Shown: positions 26,201 through 38,052, counted from the first letter of the stretch. The stretch: DNA of 64,000 bases from Felis catus (GCF_018350175.1 NC_058375.1:34472001-34536000); one strand, 5' to 3'. A program made the numbers and translations. The notes: a model not told the origin generated them from the letters alone.

Positions 26201-29200
26201 CGCCACTGCCACCACTGCCACTGCCTCTGCTTCCCCGATTGGGGAGCCAAAGCTGCCCACTCTGTTCTCCTCTGTCCCCTGAGTTGCACATGGGACTTGG
26301 TGGGAAACTTGGGGGATCAAGCACAGCACAATTGTCACCCTCCAAGTAGTGACACCGTAGGTTGAAGTGGATAAGAGAGTGAATGATGTCTTCTACTGGC
26401 CTGCTGGACTTAGGGCCAGTCTTGATGTGGGGGGGGGGGGGGGGGGGGGATGGGGCCAGAGCTCTGAGGGACTTGGGACACTAGGCTGGCTCCTTTTCTT
26501 TGGGATATAATGAAAAGTGGAAAGAGCATGGGCTTTGGAGTCAGATAGACCTAGATTCTAAGCTCATCACCACCAACTAGTTGTGTGACCTTGGGCAAGT
26601 CACTTACCTTTGCGGAGCCTTTGTTTCCATGTCTGTGAAATAGAGATTTCGTGTACTTGATAGGATTGTTATAGGTATGAAAGCAGTGTCTCTTGGTCCC
26701 CTGGCTTGGGGTTTTTGCACATGAAGTACTCAGGGAGTTCTGGTTCCTTTCCCTGCATCGGGGCTTATTCCTTTTTAGGCCCAAAGCTTTTGGCTGTGGT
26801 CCCAGCTCCCCGTTCTCTGTGGCCCTCTGCCTGAGAGTGCTGGGAGCAGGGGGCTCTAGGCTTCCCCTGCTGTCTAACCCAGGCTTCTAACTTGGAAAAG
26901 AAACAGCGCTGCTCCACCAGCCTCATGAGTCTTGTCTGGATTTGTGGTTGCAGGTTTGAGGCTTACCAGGGGTTTCAGCTGGAGCCAGAGCGCTCTCTGC
27001 TGATGTCATCATTATGTGGTCCCATGATGCTGGCCTCTGCTCCAATGGCCCATGGGTAGGTGCAAAGCGAGCAGAAACTTGAGCCAGAAACCAAGTGTGG
27101 CCACCCTTAAATCCTTAACTCCACCTCTCCCACTTCTTGCATCCAGTCAGGGGCGAGTCTAGGTGTTCCTGACTCCTGATTATCCCGCAGATTGCCCACC
27201 TCTCTCCCCTCCCTCCATGACCACACCTCAGTGTCCGGGTTGCCCCAATAGTCCTCTAACTGGTTTTCCTGACATCTGCCCTTCCCTGCAGTCCATTCTG
27301 CATCCTGCAGTTGTAATGTTCTTTAGAAAACACACATCTGAGTATTTTCCCTCTCTGGCCGGAAACCCTTTCGTTGGCTGTCCATTGCCTCAGGTTCTCA
27401 CCCTGCTCCCACCCACATGGTGCAGCTCCTGCATACTCCTCAGTGTCTTCTGCCAGTGTCCCTGAGACACCAGCAGTCTAGCCACACCGACCTCTCCCTT
27501 TGATGTCCCGTTTGATCCTCTAACTGGAATGCCCTGTGCCCTTTACTGGGTGAGCTCTTACTCCTCCATGCCTTACTTATGCATCAGTCCTAGAAGCTTC
27601 TCTGGGGCAGAACTAGGTGCTTCTGACTTTATGCTGAAACTGCATCATGTACACACTGCTGATATAGTACCAATCATACTCAATAATCAGCTTTCATGCG
27701 TGTGTCTCTCTCCCTAGACTAAGCCCCTCAAGGGCAGGGTCGAGCCTCTTCTCTCTGCATCCTCAGTGCCCAGAACAAGGCCAGCATAGAGTAGGTATCA
27801 GATACTATTGAAGAAAGGAGGGTAAGGTCTCCCTGCCCTCGGAACCTTTCTTCCTCACTATCTGGGGCCAGCCACTAGCAGGGTGGCTGCCGAATGTCAA
27901 ACATGCTGTCTGTAGGGGGACCCTGGCATAGGGCATGGGCCTCACTCTCCAGGACTTGAGTAAATCAGGGCTCAGATGTGAAAGAGATGGGCTTTATCAG
28001 TGGCTCCTCATAGCCTGGAAAAGGAAGCATGGAAGAGATAATTATCTACTTTACAGTTGGGGAAACTGGGCATTTGTGGCTTGCACAAGATCACACGGCT
28101 CCTTAGTGGTGTATCAGGCAGATGTTCGTGCAGCGCCTCCTCCTGAAAGGGGAACAGCCCAGGAGCTCTAGACACATGCCTTGTCCTTGCCACAGGTGTC
28201 AACAGAACTGGAGGCAGAGTAGTGTCCAAAATCAATCATACTTGCTGGGCTTGCTGGTTGTCTTGCAGGACAGGACGGCCCCCTTACCTGTTATGCTGTC
28301 CTGGTCTTGCCATTCCGTTCTCAGCCTCTGCCCTCCCACTGCACCATGGGGTGACATGTTGACTGGTTTCCCTCTTTCTCTGTGTGTCCAGATGGTGGGA
28401 GCTGGTTTTCAGCCCTGAGCCTGGCTCTCTGCTCAGTCGGTGTCCATGTGGAGGGGCTTTGCTGGGTGGGGCTCTCATTTTTGGCCTCATGATACAGTTT
28501 CTTCCCCGAGGCCCCGCTGCTGGCTTGCCCAGCCATCCCCACAGCATATTGGACTCTGCCCTAGCCAAGGAGGAGTCCTCTGGTTTAAGTGGACCCCAGG
28601 GAGTCCTTCCCTTGGCTAGACCAGGAGCCCTAAGGCCATGGAAGTGAGGGGGCACCTGCTCAGGCCCTGATACCCTGGCCTTTCCAGGGCCTTCAGCCAG
28701 GCCCCCAAGGGAGTTACCAAGGACTAACCTCTCTCCATCCCTGCCTCCTCTTTGATGGCTAGTGTTGGGGAAATGTGCTAGGAGGCAGTGTAGGGCCACC
28801 CCAGCCAGCCAGAGGCCGCAGCAAGAGTGGGGGTTGTTTCTTCAGCTCTGTGGAGTCCAACATTGCTTCAGCACCAAAGGCTCACTGGGGGGACTGGCCT
28901 GAGGAGGAGTGGGGAGTAGGTGGANNNNNNNNNNNNNNNNNNNNNNNNNNNNNNNNNNNNNNNNNNNNNNNNNNNNNNNNNNNNNNNNNNNNNNNNNNNN
29001 NNNNNNNNNNNNNNNNNNNNNNNNNNNNNNNNNNNNNNNNNNNNNNNNNNNNNNNNNNNNNNNNNNNNNNNNNNNNNNNNNNNNNNNNNNNNNNNNNNNN
29101 NNNNNNNNNNNNNNNNNNNNNNNNNNNNNNNNNNNNNNNNNNNNNNNNNNNNNNNNNNNNNNNNNNNNNNNNNNNNNNNNNNNNNNNNNNNNNNNNNNNN

Positions 29201-30382
29201 NNNNNNNNNNNNNNNNNNNNNNNNNNNNNNNNNNNNNNNNNNNNNNNNNNNNNNNNNNNNNNNNNNNNNNNNNNNNNNNNNNNNNNNNNNNNNNNNNNNN
29301 NNNNNNNNNNNNNNNNNNNNNNNNNNNNNNNNNNNNNNNNNNNNNNNNNNNNNNNNNNNNNNNNNNNNNNNNNNNNNNNNNNNNNNNNNNNNNNNNNNNN
29401 GCTCATTCTTCCACCAAGACCAGGGAGAGGCGATCCCAAAGGGAGGGAGCTGGGCTGGCCTGGGCGGGGGAGGGGGAGTAATTGTGCCCGGCAGCTCCTT
29501 CGTAGCTGGGGTGCCCTTGAAGTTCAGGGGTGAGATCGGAGTTGAAGGGCCTGGGGTTCATTGTCCCGTGCTCCTGCCGGGGAACTGCCTGCCTCAGTGC
29601 CCCCACCCCCCCACCTGCTCTGGAGAGGTGGCTGGGAGGAGCTCCGAAGGGAGGGGCCAAAGGTGAATGTGCTGGGGTGGAGCCCGGAGTTGGGCTTCAG
29701 GTTGTACTGCTGTTGGGAGGTGGGGTGCTGGCTCCACTGTGAGGCTGCGTTGGGATGTGTTTGTGTTTGGTGCATGTGTAAGTGGGTTGGACCTTATTCG
29801 TATGTTTTCAGTTTAGTTTGGTTTGGAAACAAATCACATAGCTGCTGTAAGTAGTATGTGTGTTGTGTCGGGAAAAATGTGTAGTTGAAGTGTGGGCACG
29901 TGCACTGATGCATGTTGTATGTTGGTGTGCATTAGGCATTGATGGGTTTTGAAGCAGTGTCATGTGTTGGAGGTGTGTGTGTGTGGGGTTGTGAGAGTGC
30001 GTATTTGGGGGAAGGAGTGTATGTTGTGGTGTCGATATGTCTGACATACAGGGAATGTGTGTTGTGGAAGATACATGTGGTGAGCTGTGGGGACATGGGG
30101 CTAGTGTGGGGACCATGGTGGGGATCCTGTGGGTTGGGGTAAATGATGTGTTCCTTCGCTTAATCAGTCCACAAATACTTAGTGTGTGATACATGTCTGG
30201 TGCTCTGCCAGGTGCTGAGGGTATAATGGTAAACAAAAACAGGCATAGTTCTTACTCTCTTGGAACTTACAGTATGGTGGGGGGGGGTGGGGCGGAGGAG
30301 GAGGGGGGAATAGGGAGTGTGTTCTGGGCCTGGATAGACATGTGTATGGGTAACTGAGGGTGCGTCCTTGGGGGTGAGGGCA

Positions 30383-30438
<56 letters not shown>

Positions 30439-32586
30439 GGTGTGTTAGGAGGGTACATGTGCTAGATGACTGGGTAGCTTGAAAGTGTGGGCATGTGGAC
30501 ATGACTGGGGAATGTGGGGCGTTTGAGGGATGTGAATAGGTAGCAGGGTGTGTTGCAAATGTGAGAAAGTATGTGTAAGGGATGTGATAGAGGTGTGTTT
30601 GAGGGTAAGTAGGGTGTTTCCAGAGAGGGTGAGTGTGGGGGTGCTTGCACATGAACGGGAGTGGAAGGTATGTGAGGGGCTGGAGGGTTGGGGGTCTACA
30701 TGGTATGTGTTGGGGGGCTGGTGGGGAGCAGCCGTGTTTGATAAACTGCTGGAGCTGTGCAGAGCATCTCCTGTGACCTGAGGATGTGCCAGTCGTGTCC
30801 TAGTACCACTTGGGGTGGGCTTTCTGCCCCTTGTACTCATTCCCCCCCACATGGCAGCACTGACTCCTGAGCTGGGTGTGGCTGAGAAGGGCCTGGACTC
30901 AGGGTATCCCGGCTGAATGGTGGGGCCATGGCTCCAAGGCTCCGACCCTACTTTTCCTCCTCCTAAGCTGGAGGGTGTCTGAGGAATGCAGGTGGGACGT
31001 GGGGGCTGTTGGACTGGGCTCCACATCCAGCTGCCATCTCTTCTTTCTGCCGTCCTGTTAACAAATCCAGGGGGCTTTGACTGCTTCTGAATCAAAGCAG
31101 TCACTGCTGGCTACCTGGAGCCTGCAGGAGGTCTGGCCTTGATGGAGGGGAAAATAAAAGTGTTTGCTTAGGGAGTGACTTGGGACCCAAGCTTTCTGTA
31201 TTGTGACCACCCCCTTAACCTCTCACACACACCTGTGCATTCATGTACACATACATGTACGTAGCATCCCCTGGCTGTTCCCTTCCTGACTGAACTGTGG
31301 GGTGGTTTGGGTCCCCCAGAGATGGCTGGGTGGCTGATTTTGGCAGCCTGTACCTATGGTGCGTGAAGTTGGGGCCTGGGGTGGCAGGTGAGTGGTGGGG
31401 AGGGGGGATGGNNNNNNNNNNNNNNNNNNNNNNNNNNNNNNNNNNNNNNNNNNNNNNNNNNNNNNNNNNNNNNNNNNNNNNNNNNNNNNNNNNNNNNNNN
31501 NNNNNNNNNNNNNNNNNNNNNNNNNNNNNNNNNNNNNNNNNNNATAGGAGGGCCTGGGTCCCCCTTAGGAGGATCCTTAAGCCCCGCCTGATCTGCCTCT
31601 GCCTCTCCTACAGCTGTGCTGGCCCTCAAGTTCCCTGAGGCACCTACTGTCAAGGCCTCCTGTGGCTTCTTTGTGAGTCCCATGCTGAGTCCTGACCCCC
31701 CCTCCCCCCGCACCCCAGCCCCTATTCGCAGTCCTGCCCCGGACTCCAGAGTGTAGGGGTATGGTGTGCAAGTCTTGTCCCCAGGGAGAGTGGGGAAAGA
31801 GCTGAGGCTGACAGTCCTCTCCATCCTCCGTAGACAGAGCTGCTGCCTCGGTGTGGGGAAGTAGAACCTGTGGGGAAAGTGGTACAGGAGGATGGCCGTG
31901 TGCTGCTCGTAGCAGTGCTGGAGGTGAGATGCAGCCGGTGTTTGATGGGGCTTTGATGGGGGTGGAGTGGCCCTCACTCCTGAGGCAGCTGCCCTCTGGG
32001 AAGCTTGAGCCTTTGGTTCCCTAAGCTGACTCTGTTTCTTCAGCAGTTAAATGGCTGACAGTTGTTAGGGTTGCTGTGAGGATCAGCTGGCTCTCAGAAA
32101 ACAGCACTTACCATGTGCAGCTTGGCTGAGAAACTGTCTGGGAGTGGGTGGCGCATGGCTAGGCACCCTTGCTGCAAAAGGGGCAAGGCCCTGGTGTGCT
32201 GAGAACCCGTCTCCCTCAGGCCATTGGGGGCCAGGCCTCCCGCAGCCTCATGGACTGCTTTGCCGACATCCTATTTGCTCTGAACAAACACTGCTTCAGC
32301 CTCCTGAGCATGTGGATCAAGGAGGCACTACAGCCACCTGGTTTTCCCTCCGCCCGCCTCAGCCCTGAACAGAAGGACACCTTCAGCCAGCAGATCCTTC
32401 GGTGAGCAGAGCCGGCGGCACCTGGGCTCTGGTCCAGAGGAGAGGGTGGTGGTGGTGGACGGTACTAACCTGCTGTCCTTTCCCTTCAGTGAGCGAGTGA
32501 ACAAGAGGCGGGTGAAGGAGATGGTGAAAGAATTCACACTGCTGTGCCGGGGGCTACATGGCACAGATTATACAGCTGACTACTGA
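13240..32586 (+). CDS. IPO13: Importin-13 (20 exons; start codon hidden in N-run, start coordinate estimated)
   Basis: Visible exons: 15045-15781 (ALHQLYYDPNIENKNLAQKWLMQAQVSPQAW...), 20946-21086, 21196-21337, 21446-(N), 21820-(N), 22027-(N), (N)-22776, 22857-22883, 23065-23199, 23395-23538, 24866-24946, 26074-26170, 31614-31672, 31834-31923, 32220-32401, 32490-32586 (...LCRGLHGTDYTADY*). Exons 1, 13, 15 and 16 inferred inside N-runs 13216-13347, 25725-25904, 28925-29400 and 31412-31543. Confidence 0.96.
15835..17350. mobile_element. Cluster of L2 fragments in IPO13 intron 2
   Basis: ttgagtgcctactgcatacctgg, cagaacccttcagtggcttttc...ttaggataaagttcagaatcctt and aggcttcccagaggaagtg motifs. Confidence 0.65.
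17412..17620 (+). mobile_element. MIR
   Basis: gagtttgaatcccag...gataccttggataagtc...aagcctcggtttcctcatcagtaaaatggg core. Confidence 0.8.
19590..19990 (+). mobile_element. L2 fragment
   Basis: ctcatctactcccatagcttcagttacca...caacatgcctaacactgaactcatc...gttgtccttgactcttccc. Confidence 0.65.
20143..20692. mobile_element. MaLR LTR (MLT1-type) plus adjacent internal fragment
   Basis: tattagttttct...ttaaacaacagaaatttattgtctcatagtt...tccaaaatcaaggtgtcgg...acattctgaggtattgg...gacttcaaca. Confidence 0.8.
23213..23256. repeat. (TG)16(CG)4(TG)2 alternating purine-pyrimidine tract
   Basis: Direct count; starts 13 nt after the IPO13 exon 10 donor. Confidence 0.95.
23533..23945. repeat. Degenerate 30-35 bp minisatellite with embedded (AC)12 at 23571-23594
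   Basis: About 11 units related to ACCCTGTGGGTGATATCATTGT. Confidence 0.7.
25495..25720 (-). mobile_element. L1 (L1MA/carnivore-type) 3' end fragment
   Basis: Poly-T followed by aacattgtataaatttaaggtgtacagcatgttgatttgacac. Confidence 0.75.
26515..26680 (+). mobile_element. MIR
   Basis: aaagagcatgggctttggagtcagatagacct...tgtgaccttgggcaagtcacttacct. Confidence 0.85.
27100..27815 (+). mobile_element. L2 fragment(s)
   Basis: tagtcctctaactggttttcctg...tccattctgcatcctgcag...ctagactaagcccctcaagggcaggg...agtgcccagaacaagg. Confidence 0.6.
29750..30720. repeat. GT-rich low-complexity tract including (TG)25 at 30385-30434
   Basis: Direct inspection; interrupted by a short L2 piece near 30160-30270. 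Confidence 0.85.
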
Positions 32587-32909
32587 GAGGCGCCCCCGTC
32601 CCACCCACACCTCCTCCTCACCCCTCCCGATTCCCAAAGAGTAAACCTGGATCTTCACTGCATTGCTGTCTCTGCTTCCTTTTTTCTGCCACCACCACCT
32701 AACTGGGCAAAGGCCTGGGGAAGGATGGGAGGATGTTTGGATCCAGGCCTTATTAGGGAGTTGGGGGGCCAACTTCTAGCTCCTAGAGTGGAAGCGCTCC
32801 GCTGTAGCCAAGCCTCCTAGGTTGGAGCCATACATAATACTGCCGTTGCTCTTGGGTTGGGGTGGGCCTGCAGTAGTATCAGCAACCTCCCCATGGCCCA
32901 CTGCCACCC

Positions 32910-32915
32910 ATTAAA
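32910..32915 (+). terminator. IPO13: Candidate IPO13 poly(A) signal ATTAAA
   Basis: Common variant hexamer about 320 nt after the stop; AGTAAA at 32640 is an alternative. Confidence 0.4.
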
Positions 32916-34063
32916 TTAGTCCCAGCATTCATGCATGCATACATTTATTTAATCAGCACTGCTGAGTACTAGCCCTCTAGTTCTGCCTTGCTTTGTTCTG
33001 TCTGAACAAGGGCTGATCTAGTCCATAGCTACCATGTTTAGCTGGGAGAATGGGACCAGTGAGGGAAGGCTGCTCGGAGGAACTTTCACTTCTGATGGGA
33101 CTGGAAGGTTTCCCAGGTAGAGGACTTGGGGCTTTCAGCTGCAAGTGAGGTGGGGTGGGGTCCAATAGGAGGGAAGAAATGGAGAGTGGTTTTAAGTCCC
33201 AGGATAGGTTTCTTGTATGGGGTTATGGAGGCCACACTTGCACAAGGTTGAGGAAAGGTATAGAAAGTGGAGCTGAGCATGTGTAGGAGGAAGCATGGGG
33301 AATGCAGGGCCTCAAGCTGTCTTCACACCTGGAGCTTCCCACCTCTGTGCTACCTGACCAAATCTTGATGGTCAGGGCTCGGTCAGGACCAGGGACAGCT
33401 CCCCAGCGGCTGTTGCTCTCCTCCCTTGGTAGGTGTCCCTTACTTTCTGTCTCTCAGCCATAGTTTCACCCCTGCTGCCTCTTAGACACCCCAGGCTTCC
33501 CCTCAGTAAGATCTGAAGAGCAGGACTTGGATCTCCCCATTTCCATTCCTGAACCTTGAGTCTCCTTGGAGGTGATAGAACTGGTTACCCCCCTGTTCAT
33601 CTCACTCCTTCCCCTGTCCTTTTCCCAATCTTTGCATGAATTCTGTGTCTTCCATTCTACATCTCTCTTCGATCTCTCCCAATGCCAGCCAGCATCCATC
33701 CCCCTTACATGTACCATCCCCTGAGGCCACTCTGTTCCTCTTCCTCTATCCCTCCTCAGTCCCATTCTCACGTTATTACATTCACAATTCGTATTACATT
33801 CATAATTCAAAATCACATTCATAATTTCTCATTTCTGGAGTATGTGGGGATGCTTCTTTTAGTCCTTTTCTCCCACTGCATGGTGTCTAGGTGTCTTCTT
33901 CCTCCCCCATCCCCCATGATCAAATGTAGCATATATAAGCTAAGAGGTGGAGGGGGCTAAAGCCTAGTTCCTGAAGTCAGACCTGGTTTTGATATTGATT
34001 GTGTCACTGATTTGCTGTGTCTTACCAGAACTTCAGTTTCCTCATCTGTAAAATGGGACAAAA

Positions 34064-34165
34064 TTTTTTTTTAAGTACTCTACACCCACCATGGGGCTCA
34101 AGCTCACAACCCTGAGGTCAATAGTTGCACACGCTACCAACTGGGTAGAGCCAGCCAAGCACTCC
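34064..34165 (-). mobile_element. Short CAN-SINE inserted in a MIR
   Basis: T-tail, ctctacacccaccatggggctcaagctcacaaccctgagg; MIR core cagtttcctcatctgtaaaatggg immediately 5'. Confidence 0.8.
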
Positions 34166-34548
34166 TGGGACAATTCTGACTCCAAAGACTGTAAATGCTA
34201 AGAATGTAGTGCCTGAACAGTAAGTGCTCAATATTTGCCTGATTGACAGACTGCTGTGAGGATAACAGCAAATGCTTTCAGTATATATGATATGCAAAGG
34301 ACTACTTCATAAAGTTTTATATCTAAATTCATTTGATCCAGCAATCCTATCAGGAGTGATATTGTTACAACCCCCATCTTGGGGATGAGGAAACAGTGAC
34401 AGACACGTTGAGTAAGAAGTAATGGCAGAGCACAATATTCAAATCCAGACAGCCCGGCACCTGAGTTGAAAATTAGGCAATGTCACCTCCCAAATGATAG
34501 GATGCGCACGTGAAGTTCTGCTCAAACTGGAGTATTTTCAGGGAGTTG

Positions 34549-34657
34549 CTTTTTTTTCTTTTAAGTTTATTTAATCTCTACACCCAACGTGGGGCTCAAA
34601 CTCACGACCCTGAGATCAGGGGTCGCATGCTGCACCAACTGAGCCAACCAGGCGCCC
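34549..34657 (-). mobile_element. Short CAN-SINE
   Basis: T-tail, atctctacacccaacgtggggctcaaactcacgaccctgagatc...ctgagccaaccaggcgccc. Confidence 0.85.
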
Positions 34658-34729
34658 TTAGGGGTCGGTTTTTCTGAGCTCTGCTGGCGGTTTGGGAACG
34701 GAAAGCGAATGCCTGGAGAGGCGGTCTAG

Positions 34730-34905
34730 GGGAACTACAATACCCACAAGGCCCCGCGCCTTCTGAGGTAGTACCGATTGCCTGGGGCTCTGAGACAGAT
34801 TATTGGTTCTCTGTGGGCGGCCTACCGAGGATTGGAGGGCGGGAGCCGTGCTAGTTTGATTGGTAAAACTACCACCAGCCCCGCCTCAAAAACCCGGAAG
34901 TAATT
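34730..34905 (+). promoter_or_regulatory. DPH2: DPH2 promoter: ACTACA/ZNF143-type motif, inverted CCAAT boxes, GC boxes, ETS site
   Basis: ACTACAATACCCACAAGGC at 34734; ATTGG at about 34802, 34831 and 34859; CCGGAAGT at 34894-34901. Confidence 0.7.
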
Positions 34906-35115
34906 CCCTCGTTGGTACGTGTGTAGTGGTGTAGCGGAGAAACGTGAATTTGGAGGGGTGGAGGGATGGTTCAAGGGCTGCGCACTGAGTTCCCAGTTCC
35001 ACCGCCCCCACCAAGTGACTCTGACTCTGACTCTTTGGGGGCTGCTTTTGAGGACGCGGGGCCTGAGGCTGACCGAGGGAGGTCCCTGCTCTTTCTGCCA
35101 ACCAAGCTGTACCTC

Positions 35116-37392
35116 ATGGAGTCTACGTTCAGCAGCCCCGCGGAGGCAGCGCTGCAGCGAGAGGCGGGCGCTGCCGGAGTGCTCACTCCTCTCGCGGACC
35201 TGGACCGCGTGTACGAGCTGGAGCGAGTCGCTGGATTTGTCCGCGACCTAGAGTGTCAGCGGGTGAGGGCAGATTGGGGAGGGGTGGCTCACCTCTGGAT
35301 GGGTCGCCCAGAAGATCGGGATCTTGGTGTAATTTTGTGAGGATGGAGGTGCGGGAGGAGTTGCTTCTCTGGGAGGAGGGGCTTTGAAGGTCAAGTAGGG
35401 ACTCTTGGAAGGTTTTCCTTAAGAGGCCCTCGGTGGAGGAGAGGTTGTTCATGACTCCATGGCTTATGCTTACAGGTGGCCTTGCAGTTCCCTGACCAGC
35501 TATTGGGAGATGCTGGGGCCGTGGCTGCACGACTGGAGGAGACCACAGGGTCGAAGATGTTCATTCTGGGCGACACAGCTTATGGCAGGTGTGAATTTGA
35601 GCTTGAAGATTGAGGGTGGTGTAGGTCTACTGATGCAGGGCTCATGGTGTTTTCCCCCTAGGACAGTGTCTGCCCCCAGCGGCTGTGTTTTTCCTTGATG
35701 ATGATTCCTCCTCTCCTGATACTTCCTCCCCTCAATGACAGTGTCTTCTTTTCATAACATTATTTTCTTCAGTGACCACATTTCCCATGAAAGACAGCTT
35801 TTCCTGATGAGAACTCTTCTCACTAATGGTATCTTTCCTGCAGCTGCTGTGTGGATGTACTGGGTGCTGAGCAAGCTGGAGCTCAGGCCCTTGTACATTT
35901 TGGCCCTGCCTGCTTAAGCCCTCCAGCTCGCCCACTGCCTGTGGCCTTCGTCCTTGGTCAACGTTCTGTGCACTTGGAGCTCTGCGCCAAGGCCTTTGAG
36001 GCCCAGAACCCAGACCCCAAAGCGCCTGTGGTGCTGCTAAGTGAGCCAGCCTGTGCCCATGCCCTGGGTGAGCGTTTTTGCCTGTGCATGCAGGAAGGGT
36101 GGACCAACTGCTTAGTGCCTTGATAGCCCCATTTCAGTACATTCCTGTAGAGCTCTCGATATGGGCTTGATCCCATTCTTTGCTTTTGGGTCACATTCAG
36201 CCTTTTGGGGATGAAGGGGTTCCTGACACCACCCCTTTCTTCCAGAGGCCTTGGCCACTCTCCTGCGCCCACGGTACCTGGACCTGCTTGTCTCCAGCCC
36301 AGCTCTTCCCTTGCCAGTGGGTTCCTGCAGTCCAGAACCTGAGCCCCTGGAGCGTTTTGGGCGTCGCTTTCCCCTGGCTCCCGGGAGGTGTCTGGAAGAA
36401 TATGGTGCCTTTTATGTGGGGGGCTCTGAAGCCAATACTGACCTTGACCTTGACCCAGACCTGAGCCGGTTGCTCTTGGGCTGGGCACCAGGGCAGCCGT
36501 TCTTCACCTGCTGCCCGGACACAGGGCAGACTCAGGATGAAGGTGTCCGGGCTGGACGGCTAAGGGCACGTAGACACTACCTGGTAGAGAGGGCCAGAGA
36601 TGCCCGGGTGGTGGGGCTGTTGGCAGGTACTTTGGGTGTAGCCCGACACCGTGAAGCATTGTCACACTTGCGGAACCTGGCTCAGGCTGCAGGCAAGCGT
36701 AGCTATGTGTTGGCCCTGGGGCGGCCCACACCTCCCAAGCTTGCCAACTTTCCTGAAATGGATGTCTTTGTGCTATTGGCCTGCCCTCTTGGTGCTCTAG
36801 CTCCACAGCCTTCTGGTGGCTTCTTCCGGCCTGTATTGGCACCATGTGAGCTGGAGGCTGCCTGCAACCCTGCCTGGCCACCTTCAGGCTTGGCTCCCTA
36901 CCTCACACATTACGCGGATTTATTGCCTGGTGAGTGGTGGGGTACTGCCTGAGCTGGAACCACTTGGGGCATGGAATTGGGCCGGTATGGATCCTCTTTC
37001 TCCCTCCAGGCTCTCCCTTCCACGTGCCCCTCCCACCACCTGACTCAGAACTGTGGGACACCCCAGATGTGTCACTCATTACTGGGGAACTCCGACCCCC
37101 ACCTGCCTGGAAGCCATCAAATGATCCTGGATGCTTGGCCCTGACCTTGCGGCCCCAGCTGGAGCTGGCTGAGAGCAGCCCTGCAGGTAAGTGTGCCAAG
37201 TCTCTGCTCCCAGCTGAACTCTTTCCCCAAATTCAGCCCACTTGGCCTCAGTCCCCTCTCTCTGCAGCTTCATTCCTTAGTTCCCGGAGCTGGCAGGGGC
37301 TGCAACCCCGTCTGGGTCAGACACCGGCGACAGGAGCTGTGAGTGGAAGACGAGGGATTGCCATCGCCTATGAGGATGAAGGAGGCAGCTGA
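35116..37392 (+). CDS. DPH2: Diphthamide biosynthesis protein 2 (489 aa)
   Basis: Exons 35116-35262, 35476-35588, 35844-36067, 36246-36929, 37010-37186, 37268-37392 (sum 1470 nt); motifs [46 protein letters not shown]. Confidence 0.97.
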
Positions 37393-37579
37393 TACCATGT
37401 GGGGCCAGAGACACAGATGGGCTGAAGAATTGCTGCAAAGACCTTTAATACTCCCTGCATCAACCCCACTCCTCTGCCTGGATCCTTGATGCAGGGAAGG
37501 ACAGACAGCCCCTCACTGAAGAAGGGGACCAGCTCTGTCCTGTTGTGGCACTGGCACGAGGCTTAGCATATAGTGGTTT

Positions 37580-37585
37580 AATAAA
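37580..37585 (+). terminator. DPH2: DPH2 poly(A) signal AATAAA
   Basis: Canonical hexamer about 190 nt after the stop. Confidence 0.65.
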
Positions 37586-37738
37586 TGTCTTTTGAACTGA
37601 CGGGGACTGACTTGGGGTTTCCTGAAGTCTTATGGGTCCATCTGTCCTCCTGGGAACAGTTCAGGACCTCTGGCCAGTCCCAGTTTCTGGTGTGCAATTG
37701 AGGTTCTACCCTTGTCAAAGGTTCCAGGTGGTCTAGAC

Positions 37739-37956
37739 CAGGATTTCTCAACTTTGGTACTGTTGACAAATTTGGGTCAGATAATTCGTTGCTGTGAGGG
37801 GCTATCCTTACGTTATAGGATGTTTAGCATTATCTCTGGCTTCTGCCCACTAGATGCCCCTAACATACCCTTATTCAATTGTGATAACCAAAAATGCCTC
37901 CAGACATTGACAAATGTCTCCTGTGGGGCAAAACTGTCCCTCGCTGAGAACCACTG
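37739..37956 (+). mobile_element. MER20 hAT DNA transposon, full length
   Basis: caggatttctcaac...gagaaccactg termini; 8-bp TSD gtctagac at 37731 and 37957. Confidence 0.88.
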
Positions 37957-38052
37957 GTCTAGACCTGTGTTGTCCAATAAAGCAACCGCTAGACACGTAT
38001 GGCTATTTAAACATGAACTTAAACTAGTTAAAATTAAAAACTCAGTTTCTTA

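Noticed and set aside
28775-29666. Four long ORFs spanning the 476-nt N-run
   Set aside because: Open only because N codons cannot be stops
13216-31543. Apparent loss of IPO13 exons 1, 13, 15 and 16 (pseudogene?)
   Set aside because: Each missing exon falls where an N-run of sufficient size lies; all visible exons are intact
35690-35815. TGATGA and CTGA motifs in DPH2 intron 2 suggesting a C/D snoRNA
   Set aside because: Embedded in a low-complexity TGA/CT-rich stretch with no terminal stem or recognisable rRNA guide; a snoRNA covariance-model search would settle it
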